NCBI GenBank assembly: GCA_024679065.1
Contig: JAGIQG010000018.1
Coordinates: 9,486,001 to 9,550,000, forward strand
Reading direction: 5' to 3'
From: Sphyrna mokarran
Lineage: Eukaryota
Length of the DNA: 64,000 nucleotides
Below are positions 1-11,748 of the stretch, piece after piece. Position 1 is the stretch's first letter. Every line of letters begins with the position of its first letter. Below the pieces are notes generated by a model that was given only the letters and a program-made list of their open reading frames with translations, searched no databases and had not been told where the DNA came from. The translations under genes were made by a program, and so were the position numbers.

Positions 1-2335
1 AATGCATGCTCCTTGTTGGTCAAGTTGGACCGAATTACCTGTGGAAAAAAAAAGTCATAGTTAAACAGTCCTACTATATCCCTCTATCTGCATACCGCTC
101 ATGTGGCTGTCCAAGAGACCCTTAAACAGCCCTAGCGTGCCTGCTCCCACCACCTTACTCGGCAGTGCATTCCACACCCCCACTACTCTTTGTGTGAAAA
201 ACTGCCCTCTAATATTCGTCTTATACATAGCCCCCCTCACCCTAAGGCCATGACCCCTCGTCCTATCCATTTCTGAAGGTGGAAAAAGTTTACCACCATT
301 TACTCTATCTATACCCCTTATAATCTTATACACCTCTATTAGATCCCCTCTAAGCCGACGTCTTTCAAGGGAAAACAACCCCAGTCTATTTAATCGTTCC
401 TCATAAGACAGTCCTTCCATACCAGGCAGCATCCTGGTAAACCTCCTCTGCACTCTCTCCAAGGACTCCACATTCTTCCGATAGTACGGCGACCAGAACT
501 GGACGCAGTATTCCAAGTGAGGCCTAACCAACGTTCTATACAACTGCAACATCAAACTCCTACTCTTGTATTCTATACCCTTTTCTATGAAAGCTAACAT
601 ACTATACGCCTTCTTTATCACCTTCTCCACCTGTGAGGACACCTTCAGAGACTTGTGAACCTGCACCCCCAAGTCTCTCTGCGTCTCTATACTCTGAATA
701 GTTTTACCTTTTATCCTATAACTCTCTTCTACATTTTTCCGGCCAAAATGCATCACCTCGCATTTATCCGGATTAAATTCCATTTGCCATCTATCTGCCC
801 AGTCTACCAACCTGTCTATGTCCTGTTGTATTGCCTGACACTGCTCCTCTGTACCCGCCAATCCAAGCATCTTAGTGTCATCAGCAAATTTGCTGATCTC
901 ACCACCTACCCCAACTTCCAAGTCGTTTATGTAAACCACAAATAGAAGAGGACCTAGTACTGAGCCTTGTGGCACTCCACTAGTGACAGGCCTCCAGTCG
1001 GAAAAAGAGCCTTCCACTACTACCCTCTGTCTCCTCCTCCCGAGCCAGTTCTCGACCCATCTACGTACCTGGCCCTGTATCCATGCGCCTTCACCTTCTC
1101 TATCAGTCTACCATGAGGAACCTTGTCAAATGCCTTACTGAAATCCATGTAGATGACATCAACAGCATGTCCTTCATCAACTGTTTTTGTCACTTCTTCA
1201 AAAAATTCCACTAGATTTGTAAGACAAGACTTCCCCTTGATGAAGCCATGCTGCGTATCCCTGATCAGATCGCAGTGCTCCAGATGCTCATACACCCTGT
1301 CCCTGAGGATCCTCTCCATTAGCTTACCTATAACTGATGTCAAGCTCACCGGCCTATAGTTCCCTGGGTGATCCCTCTGACCTTTTTTAAACAACGGTAC
1401 TACGTTTGCTATCCTCCAGTCCTCTGGGACCTCACCTGTGTCCAAGGAAGAGACAAAGATTTGCGTCAGAGGCCCAGCTAGGTCTTCCCTCAACTCCCTT
1501 AGCAGCCTGGGGTAAATGCCATCAGGCCCCGGAGCTTTATATGTCTTTAAGCTGCCTAACAGCCCCAACACCTCTTTCCTCGTAATCTTTATTTCCCTCA
1601 ACGGATCCTCAACTTTGTCAAAATCAGCAACAGACATCTGGCCAGTCTCCTGCGTGAATACCGACACAAAGTATTCATTCAGGATCTCTCCCATTCCCTC
1701 AGGCTGTAAGCATAGATCCCCTCCTCTGTCTCTGAGAAGTCCAATCTTGTCTCTAACCATCCTTTTGCTCTTTACATAGGAGTAAAATGCCTTAGGATTT
1801 TCCTTAATCCTACCTGCCAGAGCCACTTCGTGGCCCCTTTTTGCCTTTCTAACACCCCTTTTAAGATCCCGTCTACACTCTCTATAAGCTTCCAGCGCTG
1901 TCTCAGTCCCCAGTTGCCTAGATCTAATGTAAGCCTCTCACTTCTTCCTGATCAAGTCCTCAATATCCCTGGTAAGCCACGGTTCTCTAATCCTACCTTT
2001 CCCATCCTTCCTCCTTGCTGGCACGTATCTTTCCTGCAGAGAGTTTAGTTTTCCCTTGAAAGACTCCCACATGTACCTCGTCGACCTGCCCTCGAAAAGC
2101 TTATCCCAGTCGGTATCTTTAAGATCTTGCCTAATCTGGCTGTATCTAGCCCTCCCCCAGTTAAATACCTTCCCTTTTGGGCAGGTCTTGTCCTTTTCCA
2201 TTAATATCCTAAAGCAGACAGAGTTGTGATCACTATTTGACACATGCTCTCCTACCTCGACGTCAACCACCTGCCCTGGCTCATTCCCCAGAACCAAATC
2301 CAGTATAGCCCCCTCTCTAGTCGGGCCATCCACAC
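1..2335 (-). mobile_element. 5'-truncated CR1-clade LINE (ORF2: end of endonuclease region plus RT), antisense inside an RPS2 intron
   Basis: ORFs 1938..2333, 1020..1826 and 61..1017 join into one ORF2. Motifs: GPTREGAILDLVL, PGPDG, NYRPVSLTS, QHGF, DFSKAFD, GVPQGSVLGP, YINDL, KFADDTK, RPHLEYCVQFW. One in-frame TGA at 1938-1940 and one frameshift near 1080. Confidence 0.95.
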
Positions 2336-2483
2336 TCTATTTGTCTTCTGCAATTAGTTGTGTTTGAAGGTGAAACAAAAAGGTATTAGACTTAGAGACA
2401 AGTCTAAAATTGCCAGAAAAGGTGGCTGGGTGGTCTGTATAAGGCAATTCTGATTGCATCTGAACTCCCTTTATATGACTGAA

Positions 2484-2612
2484 TGCCTCAGCTCTGCACA
2501 ATTTAACCTGCTGGTGGTATAATTAGCATGTTACAAGAGGGAATTTAATGGAGTGTGCACAGCTGCTAAACCTTTTCTGTGGTTTACTTGTTCCATTTGA
2601 AATCCAACTTAA
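2484..2612 (+). ncRNA. Degenerate H/ACA snoRNA-like sequence (SNORA64/SNORA10 family)
   Basis: Lies in an RPS2 intron, the known host gene for this family. Two hairpins with guide-like words GCTCTGC, TGCAC and TGTTCC. The H-box and ACA-box positions are mutated. Confidence 0.45.
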
Positions 2613-2695
2613 AACTTTATTGATTTGTATCAGAAGCATTAACACTGTAATGAAGTTACTGTGATATGACCTCGAAGTTCATTTTGATATCATAG

Positions 2696-2842
<147 letters not shown>

Positions 2843-3174
2843 TAATTTTCTCAAAGGAACATGATTTGTTGCAAAATGTGAAGAAATTTAAATTATTTTC
2901 ATTTAGTTTGAAGTGATCCTTCGCTTTAAGTGTACCGTAGCTGCTAATCTGTATTATCATTAACCTCTTTTTGCTTTTGACATCTTGTCCCCTTGTTACC
3001 AAAATCTCACGAATCCTCTAGCAACATGGTTTTTTTTGTATGAAAATTCATTGTGAAGTCAACATAACCTGGTTTTCAATTTGCTTCATTGTCTAGCCCA
3101 TCCCCTTAACAACAAGCCATGATATCTGCACTGATCCCTTTGCATATCATAGATTTTAATTGGTCCACCATTGA

Positions 3175-3475
3175 TGGCACAGTGGTTAGCACTGCTGCCT
3201 CACTGTGCCAGAGGCACAGGTTTAATTCCGAATCACCGTCTGTGCAGAGTTTGCACATTCTCCCGCGTGTCTGTGAGAGTTTTCTCTGAGTGCTCCTGTT
3301 TCCTCCCACAATCCAGAGATGTGCAGGTTCGTTGATTGGCTATGCTAAATTAACCGTACTGTCAGGGGACTTAGCGGAATAAATACATAGGGTTATGGAG
3401 ATAGGGTTTGGGTGGGTTTGTGGTCAGTGCAGACTCGATGGGCCAAATAGCCTGCACTGTAGAGATTCTATGACA
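3175..3475 (+). mobile_element. HE1/V-type tRNA-derived SINE with CR1-like tail
   Basis: Head ggcacagtggttagcactgctgcctcac, core gagtttgcacattctcc...tttcctcccaca, tail gcactgtagagattctatga. About 30 related copies in the window. Confidence 0.85.
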
Positions 3476-4298
3476 ACCGTGCCTTCAACTTCCTAGCCCT
3501 CTGTTTTGGAATTCTCCACATTCCTCCATGTCTTGTACCATTTTCCCCTTTGAACAGCTCCTGAAAACCCAATTCTGATAATTATTTCCTTCCGGTTCAG
3601 TGTGATTATTTTTGATAATGCTTCTGTGGAGTGGTTTAGGATGTTTAACTGTTGAAATTGCTATAAGAGTGAAGTTGGTCTGCAGGGCATTCACGTGATC
3701 TTTTAGTTGTGAAAATTCCTTCTTCCTCTGAGACCTGATTAAATACTTTAATTCACAGTAACAGTGACCACAGCTCCAGCAGCTTCTCAGTGGAAACCTG
3801 TTTCCACTGAGTGAAAGCCCAGTTGACTTCCTCAGAGCTCCTCAATGGGTGACAAACTGGCCAATCAATCCTGCTGGAATGTGTTATTATTTGAACTGAG
3901 ACATGTGCCTAGAGCTTGTTCAATACTTTTCTCCAGATGTCACTATCTATGTCCATCTGACAGTATATTTTTGGAAGACCTGTGCAGAGTTAGAACCTAG
4001 GTTGAGAATCCCTGACCTGTATCATTTCTGTATACACATAGAATCATAGAATTCTTACAGTGCAGGAGATGGTCATTTGGTTCATTGTGCCTGCATTGAT
4101 GACAATGTATTGAAACTATTTATCCTGCTAATCTCTCATACTAAGGCACAATTTAGCATAGCCAATCCACCTAACCTACACATTTGTAGCAAACATTCAC
4201 ATCCTCTATTTTTTCCTTTTTTTATAAGGCTAACCAGTTTTTTGAAGTATTTTATAATGTGCAAAGCATGCTCTAATATTATTTCTTTTCGCTTTTAG

Positions 4299-4379
4299 GA
4301 ATTCACTGATCATTTGGCTAAGACCCACACCCGTGTGTCTGTCCAAAGATCCCAGTCAGCTGTTGCTCCAGCCACATAA
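4299..4379 (+). CDS. RPS2: RPS2 last coding exon
   Basis: ttttag|GAA; encodes EFTDHLAKTHTRVSVQRSQSAVAPAT*; AATAAA at 4395-4400. Confidence 0.96.
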   Translation, partial: EFTDHLAKTHTRVSVQRSQSAVAPAT

Positions 4380-4394
4380 AGCATTTATGCAAAG

Positions 4395-4400
4395 AATAAA
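4395..4400 (+). terminator. RPS2 polyadenylation signal
   Basis: AATAAA 16 nt after the stop codon. Confidence 0.8.
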
Positions 4401-4829
4401 ATAAAGATCTGTTGCCCATAAATATCGTGTTTGTCATCTTTACTTTGGATAGGACTGGATTTGATGAGGAAAACACTTGAAAAAATTAGTATAAATGAAG
4501 ATTGCTGTTCTCATGGCCTGAGCATTTTTAATCAATGTAAATATTCCTTACATCCATGTCATCAGTTTGAAATATTGATGATCACAGCTGTATGCTGCCT
4601 GATAACCACTTCCATTACTGCCTCAGCTCAAATCAATCAGCCATCTGTGAATATTGATTCAGTTGTTGTAATCTGTTGCTGATTGGCCTACAAACTTAGA
4701 CTGTTCAAACTTCAGCTCCTAATCAGCGTGCTCCCATTCAGCCGTTATCCCTGTCCTCACAATATTGGCTTCTGGGCTGGCATTGTCTTAATTTTAAAAC
4801 TCTCAGCCTTACCCCTCTATCACTAAATA

Positions 4830-6190
4830 AATAGTCTTAAATGGCATTCTCAGAACTGAGGATTGCAAATATTACACCTGTTTGAAAAAGGGATAAACTA
4901 ATAGTTACAGAAGTCAGCCTAAAATTGGCAGGGAATCTTAAGTGATAGTACAGAACAAAAAAACTATGGAGTAATTAAAGCAAGTATTTGATTAACTAGA
5001 TTATTTGAAGTAGTGATGAGGATTGTGTGGTTACTGGGCATTAACTTGAGTGTGTGCGAAATGACCTTAGCAAAACTACAGCCCACAAATTACTGGCAGT
5101 GTGGGGGATACAAAATGGATGGAAAGCAGAGTAATGACAAACAGTTGCTGTTTCTGACTAATGCTATAGTGGTAATCCCCAAGAGTCAGTAGTAGAACCA
5201 TATTTCTGATACAAAGACACAAACTTGGGTGGAGACAAAATCTGATTACAAAATTTATGGATGACATGAAACTTGGAAATGCAGTAAACAATGGGAACAA
5301 TGGTAAACTTAAGGGGATGTAAACACGTGAAGATAAGTGATGTGAAATTTAGTGTAAAAAAAGTGATTTTGTTACAAAGAATGAAGCAATAACAAAGTGA
5401 ATAATACAATTTTTGAGAATGCATCTTGTACTTTTTTTAATGCTCTTGTAAAGTGTCTTGGGATAATTACATTGAAGGTGTTGTACATTCTGAGACTTGG
5501 GGATGAGTGCATAAATCTTCACAGGTGGGAGAATTGGCTGAAAAGTAACCCTCAGCTTTATCAAAATATTAACACATGGGAAGTTAGGTAAACCTTTTCA
5601 GAACACTGATTTGGCCTCAAATGGAATATTGTATCACTGTGCTGTGCAGATACATGGATTTGGGCCTGTGTCTGAGAGTTTGCGCATTCTCCCTGTGCTT
5701 GCGTGGGTTTTCTCTGGGTTCCTCCCACATCCCAAAGATGTGCTCTTAGGCTAATTGGCAAAACAAATTCTCCCTAAATTGTCTCAAATTTGGTTTTTAA
5801 TCCATAGATCTACAAACATAGACAGGGATCACGGGTAGAGGTGGGAATATCAGGGTGACAGCGTGGGCTTGTTGGGCCAAAGGGCCTGTTTCCCGTGCTG
5901 TTTTGTTCTTTGTATCCATTCCTGGACAGCACATCTTAGGAAGTTATCAAATCGTTTGAGAGGGTGCAGATGAGGATTATTACAATGACGTAACAGAGGA
6001 AAATCCTCAGTTATCTTGAGAAATTGGGGTTAAATACTCAAAATCAAGGGTATAATTTTTACAATCATGCATTCTCCAAAGGATAGAAGCAGATTGATAA
6101 TCCAATTGCCCTGAAGTGGAATTAAGCAGATAGATCTACCAAAGAGTTGGCACAGGTATATCAGGCTGAATCAAACATTGAGATTGTATG
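4830..6190 (+). mobile_element. Old, decayed CR1 RT fragment interrupted by a younger insertion
   Basis: Remnants of CR1 motifs (gaggattgcaaatattacacc; aaatttatggatgacatgaaacttgg; tggaatattgtat..ccattcctgg). Confidence 0.65.
5636..5916 (+). mobile_element. 5'-truncated CR1 3'UTR copy carrying a SINE core, with 7-bp TSD
   Basis: Near-identical to 18765-19055; TTGTATC at 5629-5635 and 5910-5916. Confidence 0.8.
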
Positions 6191-6264
6191 AATAGTTGAT
6201 CCCCACCTTCTGTTTTAGAACAACACTTACATAGTTAATTTCAGCAGATCTCCAGTGATGCTTT

Positions 6265-6364
6265 CCTGGAAGACAAAGGGTCCTCTCGACTCAAAATGTC
6301 ACCTCTTCTCTCCGTACAGATGCTGTCAGACCTGCTGAGATTTTCCAGCATTTTCTCTTTTGGT
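6265..6364 (+). mobile_element. Short Penelope-like terminal-repeat fragment with 14-bp TSD
   Basis: TCCAGTGATGCTTT at 6251-6264 and 6365-6378; cagatgctgtcagacctgctgagattttccagca motif. Confidence 0.7.
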
Positions 6365-6611
6365 TCCAGTGATGCTTTTGTTTCCTTATATTACTAATTC
6401 CACAAGGAGTTATTCTTAAACCTCATCTTTTGATTTACAAATAGTTTTCTGATGTAATAAGGTCTCTATAAATATGAACAGGAGATCACTTTTCTGGTTA
6501 CTAGACAGCAACAGGGTTTGTAATTTATGAGTAAGAATTCATCACTTCCCTGTGCAAGTACAGGGAAAGACAAAAAACATGTAATCTGAAAACATTGTGG
6601 GTTATGCATTA

Positions 6612-6617
6612 TTTATT
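6612..6617 (-). terminator. NDUFB10 polyadenylation signal
   Basis: AATAAA on the minus strand about 137 nt after the stop codon. Confidence 0.7.
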
Positions 6618-6753
6618 GTTTAACAGGTCCACTTATTTTGTCACATTTATGTGAAATTCAGCATTTTGCACAATTTAAACACATTCAGACTGTACATTAT
6701 AGGTGAAGGTTTATCACAAATTTTAAAAATGATTTGGGTGGATTGTGGTGCTA

Positions 6754-6851
6754 TTAGGCTTCAGATGCTGTTTTTTCTCTTTCCTCAATCATCCGATGTT
6801 TTTGTTTCATTAGGCATCGTCTAGCGCTGCCATAAGCCCCCAAATCACCAT
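6754..6851 (-). CDS. NDUFB10: NADH:ubiquinone oxidoreductase subunit B10, exon 4
   Basis: ttgcag|AT GGT; encodes (Y)GDLGAYGSARRCLMKQKHRMIEEREKTASEA*. Confidence 0.95.
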
Positions 6852-8338
6852 CTGCAAAAAGGGGAAAAAAAAGCAGTGAATTAAGGAGAACAGATGTCAT
6901 TGTTTCTATTCAAATTAACACACTCGAATTCCTGGATTGAACCTGCTTCTGCCGCACTTCGAGGTCGTGCATTCCAGATCCAAACCACTTGCTATGTGAA
7001 AAAGCTTTTCCTTAAATCACATTTGCTTCTTTTGTTCTCAATCTTTTTATGAGAGAATACAGTTTCTCCTGATCTACTCCACCCAGTGCCTCCGTGATTT
7101 TGAACATCTCTATCGAATTTCTTCATCACTGAAACTTATCCCTGGAACCAATCTTATAAGCCTCTTCTGTACTCTAACATGTTCACATCTTTCATATAAT
7201 GTGGTGCACAGAACTATACACAATACTCCATGTGAGTATAACCTTATTGTACTCTCTGCCTCTATAAAGCCCAGAAGAATGTCTGCCTTAACTGCTCTTT
7301 CTACCTGCCAATTTCCATGATCTTTAATACATACATTCAAGCCCCTCTGCTCCTCCGCCCTCTTAGGAATTGTACATCACATTTTATGTTGTTTCTCCAT
7401 GTTCGTCCTACAAAAATGAATCACTTCATACTCCTCCATCTGGCACCCATCTGCCCATTCACCAACTTGTCTGTATCCTTGCTTTCAATTTGTGTCATCC
7501 ACAAATTTTGAAATGATCTCCATGCACACCCAGGATCTAGATCAATGTATATCAGGAAAAACAAGGTTCAATCCTGGAGACTCCACTTTAAACCTTCCTC
7601 TGAGCTATAACTTCTCTCAGATCTGTGGTCAAATGCTCTATGGAAGTCCATGTAACGCCACAAGTGACCACACGATGTTGTCAAACACTTTAAACTAATG
7701 AATTACATTTGTGAAATGTCATCATTACAATGTAGGAAACACAACAGCCAATTTGCATACAGCAAACACATCTCCCCCCCCCCCCCCCTGCCAAACAATA
7801 ATAACCCCAGATAATCTTTTTTTTGTTCATGTTGATTGAGGGATAAATATTGGACAAGACATCAGAGAACCCCCATACTTTTCTTCAATATATCCTGTAT
7901 CATGGGATCTCCACCTATGGGAATGTTATCTTTAATAAACAGAAATATAGACATAAGTTGTTAACTGATAGGACCTTTCTAGAGTCATCCCTCCACACTG
8001 TTTTCATGGCGTTCTAATCATTAGCCCTAATGTCAGTTGTCTGAAACATTTGCGGTATAATTTCTTAGGAGCTGACAGCAGCTATTTTGTCCAGCAGTAC
8101 TCCTACGTATATCAGTGAGATATTGCAGTTTCACAGCACGTATCAGCAAACTGCAGACCATTTCAAGATTTACATTCAACAAGGACAAGACCTTTGACTC
8201 AAATACTAACAAAGGTGGAGCAAATCCTGGGGTGGGTGCTCGGAAGAGATTTTGTTAGACAAGATACAATTCCAATCTTTATGGCACACTGATTATAAAG
8301 TCACACATACAAATGACCAGATTGCAGGCATGACTTAC

Positions 8339-8478
8339 ATCTTGATTGGTAGCCTTTTGCTCCCTGTTTGAACTGCTCCACCTCTTTAGCGCAGTTCTGT
8401 TGGTAGCTGTGACCTTCCCGCTGCTGACAGGCTCTCAAACGCTCCTGAAGAATTCTCATAATTTCCTGATCAACCTTG
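8339..8478 (-). CDS. NDUFB10: NDUFB10 exon 3
   Basis: ttgcag|C AAG; encodes [46 protein letters not shown]; donor gtaagt. Confidence 0.96.
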
Positions 8479-8559
8479 CTGCAAAATACAAGTTTTCTTA
8501 AAACCACAAAAACAAAGCAAGTGCTGCTTGATAGCCATCTAACCCTTGAATCTATAAGC

Positions 8560-8835
8560 TATTTTAGTGTCACAAGCAGGCTTACATTAACACTGCAATG
8601 AAGTTACTGCGCAAATCCCTTAGTTGCCACACTCCGGCACCTGTTCGGGTACACTGAAGGAGAATTTAGCATGGCCAATGCACCTAACTAGAATGTCTTT
8701 CAGGAGGAAACTGGAGCACTTGGAGGAAACCCACTGGGAGAACATGTAGACTCTGCACAGTGACCCAGACTGGAAATTGAACCTGGATTCCTGGGGCTGT
8801 AAGGCAGCAGTACTAACCACTGTGCCACCATGCCA
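8560..8835 (-). mobile_element. HE1/V-type SINE with alternative tail
   Basis: Same head and core as other copies; tail cagtgtacccgaacaggtgccggagtgtggcaactaaggg...tgtaagcctgcttgtgac. Confidence 0.8.
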
Positions 8836-9619
8836 CCCATCAAATGCATGCAACGTCTGAACTCTTGCCTTGGTTTTGGTCCATTCTGAGATTTTGTGGC
8901 TATTAAAGTTTTCAATGAAATAAAACAGCAACTGCAGAAAATCACATGCAATCTTGTCTACAAAGCAGAGACATCATTTCAGGCAGCACTGAAGACACAG
9001 CAACACCTAGTTTATCACTAACTCAGGATTCCTCCCCTGTACTAGAAATTCAAATAGGTTTTCTGAGCGAATCCTGAACAGAAAAGAACAAGTATGGAAT
9101 GAGAGAGATTGGATAGAAAAGACTGAGAAAGGAAGAAAGAAAATGAAATGAAAGTGAAATAAGTGAAGATAGAGGATTTCAATTGCATGGAAGCACTACA
9201 AAAGCTGGGGGTCGTTCTCCTTACAGAAGAGGAAGTTGAGTGGAAATGTAAATCAGGCAGGGTTTTGATGGAATAAATGAGGAGAAAATATCTTTCCAGT
9301 GGCAGGAGAGTTGACAAATAGGAGGAAGATTTAAAATATTTGCCTAAAGAACTAGAGGCAAGATGTGGAGATTTTTAAAAACAGAGTTATGATCAAAGAT
9401 GTTTGATGGGAGACATTGAATAACTTTCATAGGGAATTTAGGCAAATAATTTATCCAGTCTACAGCATAGAACCAAGTATCCAGCCCAATTATTCTACAC
9501 CAACCATCCTCCCATCCCTCTTCAAAAGCAAATGCTTCTATTCATTTCCATCTCTCAATCTAGGCTTCTCTCTAAATACATCATGCTATTTGCCTGAACT
9601 GGCCTTTGCAATTGTACAC

Positions 9620-9985
9620 TCCAGACTGACATTCCAGTTCAGTGCTGTGGGAGTGCTGCACTGCAGGAAGTGCTGTCATTTGAGTAGACAACCAGACAGT
9701 TTGTTCTTGCGCATGACTGTCGAAGTGCCAAACCGCTATTTCAAAGACAGGAGGGATCTTTCCCATGGCCATCATTTCGTGGCCATTGCTCATCTCTTAA
9801 TTAACATCACTAATAAAAGATCATCTGGTTATTTCACAGTTGTCTGTGGGTCCTATCTATGTACAACTCAGGTACTGTATTTCCTGTGTTACAGCAAGGG
9901 CTTGCGAAAAGTATTCACTGGCTGTAAGACACTCTGGGATATCCCGCGATTGTTAAAGGCACAAACAATACAGATGCAAGTCTTA
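9620..9985 (+). mobile_element. Old DeuSINE (SacSINE/AmnSINE-like) copy
   Basis: ctgacattccagttcagtgctgtgggagtgctgcactg... resembles the Deu-domain SINE consensus; related fragments near 7700-7920 (-) and 21820-22150 (+). Confidence 0.6.
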
Positions 9986-11609
9986 TTTTCCTGTGGAAAG
10001 AAATTTCTCCTGAATTCCTTATTGGAGTAATTAGTTACTACATTATTATATTACCTCTAATTTTGGACAAATGGAAATATTTTCTGTCTACCCCATGTCC
10101 AATACATCACCATTTCTCAAATAAGAGAATAGAGCACAGTACTCCAAACATGACCTGGCCAAAGTCTGATACAAGTTTAACATAACTTTGATGCTTTTCA
10201 ATTATCTCCTTCCAGAAATAAAGCTCAATCCACCTAAGGGTTGCTTATCTTCTGGCCGTGTTAACCTTTCAGTGATAGGTCTAACTATACTGTTGGATTC
10301 CTTTGCTCCTGTACCCATCAAGACTCTTATCTAAGCACTACCTAAGCAAAGTGAAGGGGAATAGGACTAATTAGAGAGCACACTCAAAGTATGGGCAAGG
10401 GTACAATGAATTGAATGAGAGGAAGAGAACGAGAGGAAGAGAATTACAAGAAGAAAGATATTGGGATAAAGATACATGTTAAAGAAATAACGATGAAGGA
10501 ATTAAGAGAAAAAATTATAGGAAGAAATGAGTGTGGAACAATCTCATATACAATCTGATTTCAAACTGTTATTTGGAAAGCAGTCAATTTAAAAGTCATA
10601 TTGATCGCCTACATTTGAAAATGACCAACATGCTGTAAATTAGTTCCAGAGTTTATTATTTTCCAACTTGTATGATATTATAGGCATACAACCCTTTTCC
10701 TACATCGTGAGCACTGAAAGACTGGCCACCCCCAGTCCATTGTTGCTAGGTGCCTCTGGCAAGACCACCATTTGATGTCTACCACTAACTGCCCTCAAGA
10801 AGCTATGGTGAGCTTCTTTCTGAACTGCTGCAGTCCATGTTGTGTGGGTACACCCATTGTGCATATACACCCACAGTGCTTAAAGTGAGTTCCAGGATTT
10901 TGACCCAGTGATGGTGACATATTTCCACATCAGGATGGTGAGTGACTTGAAAGCGGTGGGATTCCCATACATCCGCTGCCCTTGTCCAACTAGATGGTAA
11001 AGATTGCGAGTTTAGAAGATGCTGCCAAAAGAGCAATAGTGAGCTGCTGTCTGCATCTTTTAGGGGGTATGCACTGCTGCCACTGCTCGGAAGCATTGGA
11101 AGTGAATGGTGAAGGCAGAGGATGGCTTGTCAATCAAGCAGGGTGCTTCGCCCGGATGGTGTCGAGCTTCCTGAGTGTGGTTGGAGCTGCACTCATCCAG
11201 GCAAGTGGAGACTTTAACCTGGTGTCGAGAGATTTATTGCTGATTGTCAGCATTTTCTGTTTGGGAATTAGAGCTAGAGATGGACGGTCAATTCCCCTCT
11301 GTGCGGGACTGAGGAGTCACACTCATTATCATGCAACTTTACAAGAGAAAGTCTTGTAAAGACTTTATCACACTCCTGACTGGTACCTTGTAGATGGTGG
11401 GACAGGTTTTGGGGAGATCAGATGAGTTACATGCCCCAACTTTTGACCTGTCATGTAGCTATAGTATCTATATAGCTGGTCCAGCCCAATTTCCTATCAA
11501 TTGGATGGAGGAAATAATTGCCAAAGTTCAGATTAAGAAGCTTTTAAATTGCCAGTAAAATAGCATCTTCAAGATTTTAACCAACGGCAATTTAAAATCA
11601 GATACATAC

Positions 11610-11748
11610 TAATCTCTTCTCCACTGCATCTCTGCCTCGTAGTAGCAGAGGTAATCACCCAATTGGCACTCGGTTAGGTCCGGTACACGTCTGAAATGCT
11701 GATGGTAGTAATAGAATTTGTTCTTTTCCCGCTGGCGATCCACCCATT
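11610..11748 (-). CDS. NDUFB10: NDUFB10 exon 2
   Basis: ttgcag|AA TGG; encodes (E)[45 protein letters not shown]; donor gtatgt. Confidence 0.96.

Noticed and set aside
9416-10030. 204-aa ORF
   Set aside because: It runs through a decayed DeuSINE-like element in an NDUFB10 intron and has no recognisable protein features.
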